Shown here: positions 59,134-64,000 of the stretch, piece by piece
Layout: each line of letters starts with the position of its first letter
Numbering within the stretch: position 1 is the stretch's first letter
From: an uncultured Nitrospiraceae bacterium
GTDB taxonomy: Bacteria > Nitrospirota > Thermodesulfovibrionia > Thermodesulfovibrionales > Dissulfurispiraceae
Direction: 5' to 3'
Length of the DNA: 64,000 nt
NCBI GenBank assembly: GCA_963727805.1
Contig: CAVSHF010000003.1
Span: 1,472,001-1,536,000, forward strand
Notes under the pieces: model-generated
Told to the model about the DNA's origin: nothing
Seen by the model: the letters and a program-made list of their open reading frames with translations, nothing else
Databases searched by the model: none
Position numbers and translations under genes: made by a program

Positions 59134-59676
59134 ATGCGACGCTTCTATTATACTAAAATAGTCCCCATTATTTTCCTCATTACATTCATTACTTCCCCTT
59201 CTTATGCATTTCCCGGCACCTCTTATGTGGTGACTAAAGTCCATGATGGCAACACCGTGAGCATCAAGGTGGAGAGTTTTGCAGGCTTTCCCCTCAAAAT
59301 CGAGCGCCTCAGGCTTATCGGCATCGACTCCCCAGAACTGAGACAGGAACCATGGGGAAGGAGGGCCAAAAGACACCTAAAGAAACTCATCAGTGAAAGC
59401 AGCTGGGTCGTCACGGTAGAATTCGATGTCGAGCAAAAGGATAAAAACGGCAGGCTCCTGGGCTATCTCTGGAACAGAAAAAATGGGAAGCTTATCAATG
59501 AGCGAATGATCGAAGATGGCTATGCCGTGCTCTATACCTTCCCTCCGAATGTGCGGTATGACGAACGGTTTATCGAGGCGCAGAAAACGGCACAATTAAA
59601 AGGCCTGGGTATCTGGGGAAAGAAGGGCCTCACTCAAAATCCTTCACTCTGGCGTAAAGACCATCCCTCGTATTAA
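59134..59676 (+). CDS. Secreted thermonuclease (SNase) family protein
   Basis: Signal peptide; VHDGNT, RLIGIDSPE, DKNGRLLGY, GYA..Y.FPPNV, GLGIW. Confidence 0.9.
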   Translation: MRRFYYTKIVPIIFLITFITSPSYAFPGTSYVVTKVHDGNTVSIKVESFAGFPLKIERLRLIGIDSPELRQEPWGRRAKRHLKKLISESSWVVTVEFDVEQKDKNGRLLGYLWNRKNGKLINERMIEDGYAVLYTFPPNVRYDERFIEAQKTAQLKGLGIWGKKGLTQNPSLWRKDHPSY

Positions 59677-59697
59677 TAGAAGCAAGCAGTCCTGGAT

Positions 59698-59850
59698 TTA
59701 CTTGTCCTTCTTGCCGAAAAAATCCCTAAAGATACTGCTTTTGGCGATTGAGAAAATGATCAATGCCGCCAAGACAAATATAACAGCCATCTTGGTCAGC
59801 TTTAAAGCAACCAATGCGAGCAATATGCCGATGATGATAAGATAGTTCAT
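59698..59850 (-). CDS. 50-aa small membrane protein downstream of atpI
   Basis: MNYLIIIGILLALVALKLTKMAVIFVLAALIIFSIAKSSIFRDFFGKKDK; ATGA overlap with atpI stop. Confidence 0.6.
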   Translation of the reverse strand: MNYLIIIGILLALVALKLTKMAVIFVLAALIIFSIAKSSIFRDFFGKKDK

Positions 59851-60200
59851 GATTGGGAAGCCTTTCTTGACGCGATGAATCCCTCCTTGATCATTATGGC
59901 GAGAACAAGGACGAACCCAACCATAAGCGGTATTGGCTTGATAAGCCTGAAATAGGCGAGTATGACGAGAAAGATAAAGATCAGGATAACTTTCAGTATA
60001 CTGATACCCATGATGATCGGCTGGACCATCTGCGTGCCGATGAATTTCTGCACTGACCATGCCACTGTCCTGAAACTGAAGATGCTGATGCCGCCTCCGA
60101 GGAGGACATTGAAAGCGAAGAGCCAATCGGTAAAGATAAATGAAGTTGCTGCAAGGGCAGGGATGATGATCAGTGACTGCTTAGTGGTCCTTTCTATCAT
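59847..60200 (-). CDS. atpI: ATP synthase protein I-like (4 TM)
   Basis: NVLLGGGISIFSF, hydrophobic helices, PLMVGF; follows atpZ-like gene; start may be 60200-60212. Confidence 0.7.
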   Translation of the reverse strand: MIERTTKQSLIIIPALAATSFIFTDWLFAFNVLLGGGISIFSFRTVAWSVQKFIGTQMVQPIIMGISILKVILIFIFLVILAYFRLIKPIPLMVGFVLVLAIMIKEGFIASRKASQS

Positions 60201-60444
60201 TTGTGGCATCATAGCTTCCACTGTTCTTCCCCTCCTGCTTCTTAGCGATCCTAAACAGCTCCCTGAACCCGGCAATGATCCCCATGAAGAGAAAAATGAA
60301 CTTGAGGAAGGATGTACCAAAAAGCTTATCGAGTCCATATCCTATGGCAAGTCCGGCAAACGTCGAAAGAACGAGCTGTATGCCGACGGTACTTGCTTCG
60401 AATATCTGCTTCAGAACAGATTTTTCTTTATCTTGTTCAGGCAA
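60181..60444 (-). CDS. atpZ: AtpZ/AtpI (ATPase gene 1) family protein
   Basis: STVGIQLV.STF.G..IGY.LDK.FGT....F...GIIAGF. Confidence 0.85.
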   Translation of the reverse strand: MPEQDKEKSVLKQIFEASTVGIQLVLSTFAGLAIGYGLDKLFGTSFLKFIFLFMGIIAGFRELFRIAKKQEGKNSGSYDATNDRKDH

Positions 60445-60585
60445 TCACATGCCTCCCCTGTGTTCGTAATCTGATGATACTAGTTGCTTCAGCATAATTG
60501 CAATCTTCCTGTACGTCCCCTCTCATCGTTTCCAAATTGAGGCATTCTCTTAACATAAGAAGGCAGGATGCATCATGATATACCC

Positions 60586-61872
60586 TTACACAAGCTCTTT
60601 AAATGTCCCATAGGCAGCCTTTATCGTCCTGTCGATATCTCCCTTTGAATGGGCAAGCGAGATGAATCCTGCCTCGAACTGAGAAGGTGCGATATAGATG
60701 CCGCGATCGAGCATCCCCATGAAGAAACGCGAAAACCTATCTGTATCGGCAAGCTTTGCTGTCTCGTAATCGACAACTTCCTTATCTGTAAAATAAGTGC
60801 AGAACATAGTCCCGGCGCGATAGAATTTCGTCGCCACCCCGGCCTTCTTCGCGGCCTCCTTCAACCCCATCTCGAGCTGTATCATCCTTGATTCGAGTTT
60901 TTCATAGGTGTCGCTCATCATCAATATCTTCATCGTCTCGATACCTGCGGTCATTGCAAGCGGGTTGCCCGAAAGCGTACCGGCCTGATATACCGGTCCT
61001 TCAGGAGAGATCAGCGCCATGATCGCTCTGTTTCCGCCGTAAGCGCCGACCGGCAGGCCACCGCCGATCACCTTGCCGAGGCATGTCAGGTCCGGCTTGA
61101 TCCCGAAGTATGCCTGTGCTCCGCCAAGAGCCACCCTGAAACCGGTCATGACTTCATCAAATATAAGAAGTATCCCATATTTTTTGGTCTCTTTCCTGAG
61201 CGTTTCGAGAAACCCCTTTCCCGGCAATACGCAGCCGATATTGCCGACGACCGGTTCCACAATGACGCAGGCAATGGATTTCCACTCTTTCGCGATTATT
61301 TCCTTTAAAGCGGGGATATTATTGAAGGGAAGCGTGATCGTATTTCTGGCATAGGATTTCGGGACCCCCGGACTGTCGGGAACGCCGAAGGTCATTGCAC
61401 CTGAGCCGGCCTTGACCAGAAGGCCGTCCGCATGGCCGTGATAGCAACCTTCGAACTTGATAATCTTGTCCCTTCCGGTAAATCCCCTTGCCAGCCTTAT
61501 TGCGCTCATGGTTGCTTCTGTGCCCGAATTCACCATCCTGATTTTTTCGATCGATGGATAGGCCTTCATGATCAGGCTGGCCAGCTCGATTTCGAGCGGC
61601 GTAGGTGCCCCGAAACTCGTGCCTTTTTCAGCCGCGGCCTTCAACGCCTTGATTACCGCAGGATAGGCATGTCCCAGAATCATCGGCCCCCATGACAGGA
61701 CATAGTCGATATATTCATTGCCGTCGACATCGAAGATGTGTGATCCTTTTGCATTTTTTATGAATACCGGCGATCCTCCCACAGCCTTGTATGCCCTGAC
61801 GGGACTATTGACGCCACCAGGCATCAATGCCATAGCCTGCCTGAATAAGAGTGCTGATTTTTTTCTTTCCAT
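60586..61872 (-). CDS. hemL: Glutamate-1-semialdehyde 2,1-aminomutase
   Basis: [58 protein letters not shown]. Confidence 0.98.
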   Translation of the reverse strand: MERKKSALLFRQAMALMPGGVNSPVRAYKAVGGSPVFIKNAKGSHIFDVDGNEYIDYVLSWGPMILGHAYPAVIKALKAAAEKGTSFGAPTPLEIELASLIMKAYPSIEKIRMVNSGTEATMSAIRLARGFTGRDKIIKFEGCYHGHADGLLVKAGSGAMTFGVPDSPGVPKSYARNTITLPFNNIPALKEIIAKEWKSIACVIVEPVVGNIGCVLPGKGFLETLRKETKKYGILLIFDEVMTGFRVALGGAQAYFGIKPDLTCLGKVIGGGLPVGAYGGNRAIMALISPEGPVYQAGTLSGNPLAMTAGIETMKILMMSDTYEKLESRMIQLEMGLKEAAKKAGVATKFYRAGTMFCTYFTDKEVVDYETAKLADTDRFSRFFMGMLDRGIYIAPSQFEAGFISLAHSKGDIDRTIKAAYGTFKELV

Positions 61873-61945
61873 CGTCGTTTCCCCGCTTTGTCTATTTTGG
61901 CTTATAATGAAAAAATGTATCAGAAAGAAACTTGCCCTGTCAAAG

Positions 61946-61979
61946 TCTTCATGTGAAATTCACAATTCATTGGTATATT
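61946..61979 (+). promoter_or_regulatory. OmpR/PhoB-type tandem box plus extended -10
   Basis: TCTTCAT-GTGA-AATTCAC, 10 nt, TATATT (TGG before it). Confidence 0.45.
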
Positions 61980-62038
61980 TATCAATAATAGACATTTTGC
62001 TGTCGTAAACAAAAATTAACAAAGGAGAGCGAAAAAAG

Positions 62039-62524
62039 ATGAAAAAAGTTTTAGCCGTTTTGGTTTTGCTGGTGTTGTTCGGGTCGTTTGCTGTTGCGCA
62101 GGCAGCTGACGAAAAGAAGGACGCCATGCCGATGATGGACCACCAGATGATGATGAAGGGTGGCGATGAAAAAGGTATGATGGATTGCCCCATGATGAAG
62201 GGCCCCGAGGGAAAAGGCATGATGGATTGCCAAATGATGAAGGGTCCCGAGGGACCGAGCATGATGGGTGGCATGATGAAACATCACCAGATGATGATGC
62301 ACGATATGATGCAGATGATGAAGGACATGATGGCCATCCAAAAGAAGATGCTCACCTCTGCCACGCCGGAGGATAAGGCACAGATGGGACAAGACCTATC
62401 GGCCATGATGGAGAAGATGGACAAGATGATGACTTCCCCGCAATGCATGAAGATGGACATGCAGCAGCCAGCGGCAGGGGAGCAGAAGAAACAGGACTCG
62501 ATGCCGGCAGAACATAAGCAATAA
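62039..62524 (+). CDS. Secreted methionine-rich protein
   Basis: AAGGAG SD, signal peptide AQA-A, 39 Met in 161 aa by hand count. Confidence 0.85.
   Translation: MKKVLAVLVLLVLFGSFAVAQAADEKKDAMPMMDHQMMMKGGDEKGMMDCPMMKGPEGKGMMDCQMMKGPEGPSMMGGMMKHHQMMMHDMMQMMKDMMAIQKKMLTSATPEDKAQMGQDLSAMMEKMDKMMTSPQCMKMDMQQPAAGEQKKQDSMPAEHKQ
62171..62254 (+). repeat. Intragenic 42-nt tandem repeat x2 (KGMMDC[P/Q]MMKGPEG)
   Basis: AAAGGTATGATGGATTGCCCCATGATGAAGGGCCCCGAGGGA / AAAGGCATGATGGATTGCCAAATGATGAAGGGTCCCGAGGGA. Confidence 0.85.
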
Positions 62525-62538
62525 ATCAGCGTCAAAAC

Positions 62539-62571
62539 GAGTGGGGAGAGCAATCTAATGCCTCCCCACTC
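62539..62571 (+). terminator. Stem-loop after Met-rich gene (terminator or stabiliser; no U-run)
   Basis: GAGTGGGGAG / CTCCCCACTC perfect 10-bp stem. Confidence 0.5.
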
Positions 62572-62637
62572 CATGTCCCCCCTTTCAACTCGTTGATTCA
62601 ATCTGATAAACTGTAGAAGCTTCACAGGGGAGAGAGC

Positions 62638-64000
62638 ATGCCGTCATATGAAGAGCTGATCAACGAATTGTCTGAACTCTGCGGAATTGTCCCGGAATAT
62701 TGGGACACCTTCGGCATCAGGCACATGGCCCCCGTTGAGACAAAGAAGTCGATCTTGAAATCAATGCGGCTGAGGATTGCCACTGCTGAAGACCTACACG
62801 CTGAAATCGAAAAGAAGCGGCATAGACCCTGGAATATTTCCTTGGACCCTGTTAAGGTCATCCTTTATAACGAACAGCCCCTCGTCCTTACCGTCCATGT
62901 CCCGATCAGGGAAGGAGACGAGCACAGTATAGTTTTTAAATGTACACTTGAAGATGAAACTGGGAAGATTGATAGCTTCTCGTTCTCGCACGGGGATGTC
63001 GAAATCGTCGCACACCGGCTTATTGACGAGATCCACCACTTGAAAATCAATATTCCTTTCAATGTCGTGAAGGAGATTGGCTATTATACTCTTGATCTGC
63101 TCTTTATGAGTTCCGGGTTCGGACTCTCAGCCACCTCGCGGCTCATCATAACACCTGAGACCTGCTACCTACCCACTCAGCTGGAGCCCTCATCAACTGA
63201 TGCCATTGTCACACAAGAGCAATTGCCAAACAGTCTGCATTTCGAAAAAAGCAAGACCTGGGGGCTTTGCATCAGTCTCTACGGAATCAGGTCTGAAAGG
63301 AATTGGGGTGTCGGCGATTTTACCGACTTGAAAAGAGTCACGGAATGGACCGCAGACCTCGGTGGTGGATTTATCGGCATCAACCCACTGCATGCCATAC
63401 CCAACAAGAGGCCGTTTGGAATAAGTCCCTATTCGCCGATAACCCGCCTCTACAAGAATTACCTTTATCTCGATATCATGAGCGTGCAGGACCTTGCAGA
63501 ATCGAGCACTGCCTCCGAATTGATCGAATCGGAAGATTTCCAGGCAAAACTCAAGACCCTCCGGAATTCGGTGCTAATCGATTACAAAAAAGCTGCGTCC
63601 GTCAAAAGAAAGGTTTTACAGCTTGCTTTCGAATCTTTCCTTGATGCCCATCTTGTACATACTTCTGACAGAGGTGAGGAATTCGAACGCTATATTGAGC
63701 GAGAAGGACAGCTGCTCGAAGACTTTGCCCTTTTCACGGCGATCCAGGACAAGACGGGGACCGCATCATGGCTAGACTGGCCGATAGAGTACCGGGACAT
63801 CCGGAGTCCGGAGGTCGAGAAATTCAGGAAGGAAAACGAACGGGAAATTCTCTTCCATCAATATGTTCAGTGGCTCATCGATGGACAGCATGAAAAGATC
63901 GGAGAGCGTGCTCGGCAGCTCGGTATGCCCGTAGGGCTCTATCACGACCTCGCCGTCGGTTCCGCAGGCGACGGATTCGACGCCTGGATAGCTCGGGAGA
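62638..64000 (+). CDS. malQ: 4-alpha-glucanotransferase (GH77), 3'-truncated by window edge; absent from ORF track
   Basis: Manual translation: MPSYEELINELSELCGIVPEYWDTFG...WGLCISLYGIRSERNWGVGDFTDL...GINPLHA...SPYSP...GLYHDLAVG. Confidence 0.92.
   Translation, partial: MPSYEELINELSELCGIVPEYWDTFGIRHMAPVETKKSILKSMRLRIATAEDLHAEIEKKRHRPWNISLDPVKVILYNEQPLVLTVHVPIREGDEHSIVFKCTLEDETGKIDSFSFSHGDVEIVAHRLIDEIHHLKINIPFNVVKEIGYYTLDLLFMSSGFGLSATSRLIITPETCYLPTQLEPSSTDAIVTQEQLPNSLHFEKSKTWGLCISLYGIRSERNWGVGDFTDLKRVTEWTADLGGGFIGINPLHAIPNKRPFGISPYSPITRLYKNYLYLDIMSVQDLAESSTASELIESEDFQAKLKTLRNSVLIDYKKAASVKRKVLQLAFESFLDAHLVHTSDRGEEFERYIEREGQLLEDFALFTAIQDKTGTASWLDWPIEYRDIRSPEVEKFRKENEREILFHQYVQWLIDGQHEKIGERARQLGMPVGLYHDLAVGSAGDGFDAWIARE

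Noticed and set aside
59698..60338. Long N-terminal extensions in ORF-track calls 59698-60126 and 59847-60338 (also 41545-42303, 32008-32889, 30012-30725)
   Set aside because: They overlap neighbouring genes or promoters; downstream ATGs match family starts or ATGA coupling

Overview
About 50% GC bacterial chromosome segment, mostly housekeeping genes. Gene order and content (rplM-rpsI-argC-argJ; split ATP synthase with b'/b; lptCAB-rpoN-hpf-rapZ; def-fmt-DUF116-rsmB-PASTA-rpe; hemL-atpZ-atpI; hcp) suggest an anaerobic diderm, most plausibly Nitrospirota/Thermodesulfovibrionia or deltaproteobacteria-like (inference, no search run). I found no tRNA, rRNA, CRISPR array or transposase. One accessory patch (~38.64-43.8 kb) lies between yprB-like/xerD and truA. 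It holds the most interesting signal: a leaderless 29-codon leader peptide with a 1:2/2:3/3:4 attenuator upstream of a GNAT-cupin fusion and an Fsr-like MFS exporter, plus remnants of corA and DUF4337 genes. Other notable signals: apparently leaderless promoters at six further genes; a sigma54 site abutting the sigma70 promoter of the rpoN operon; short-period palindromic repeats in gene N-termini; a PcrA with eroded ssDNA-binding motifs; atpZ-atpI without atpB/atpE; a Met-rich secreted protein under an OmpR-type box; and a class II HcpR-type site at hcp. All family assignments are from motif recognition, not database searches.
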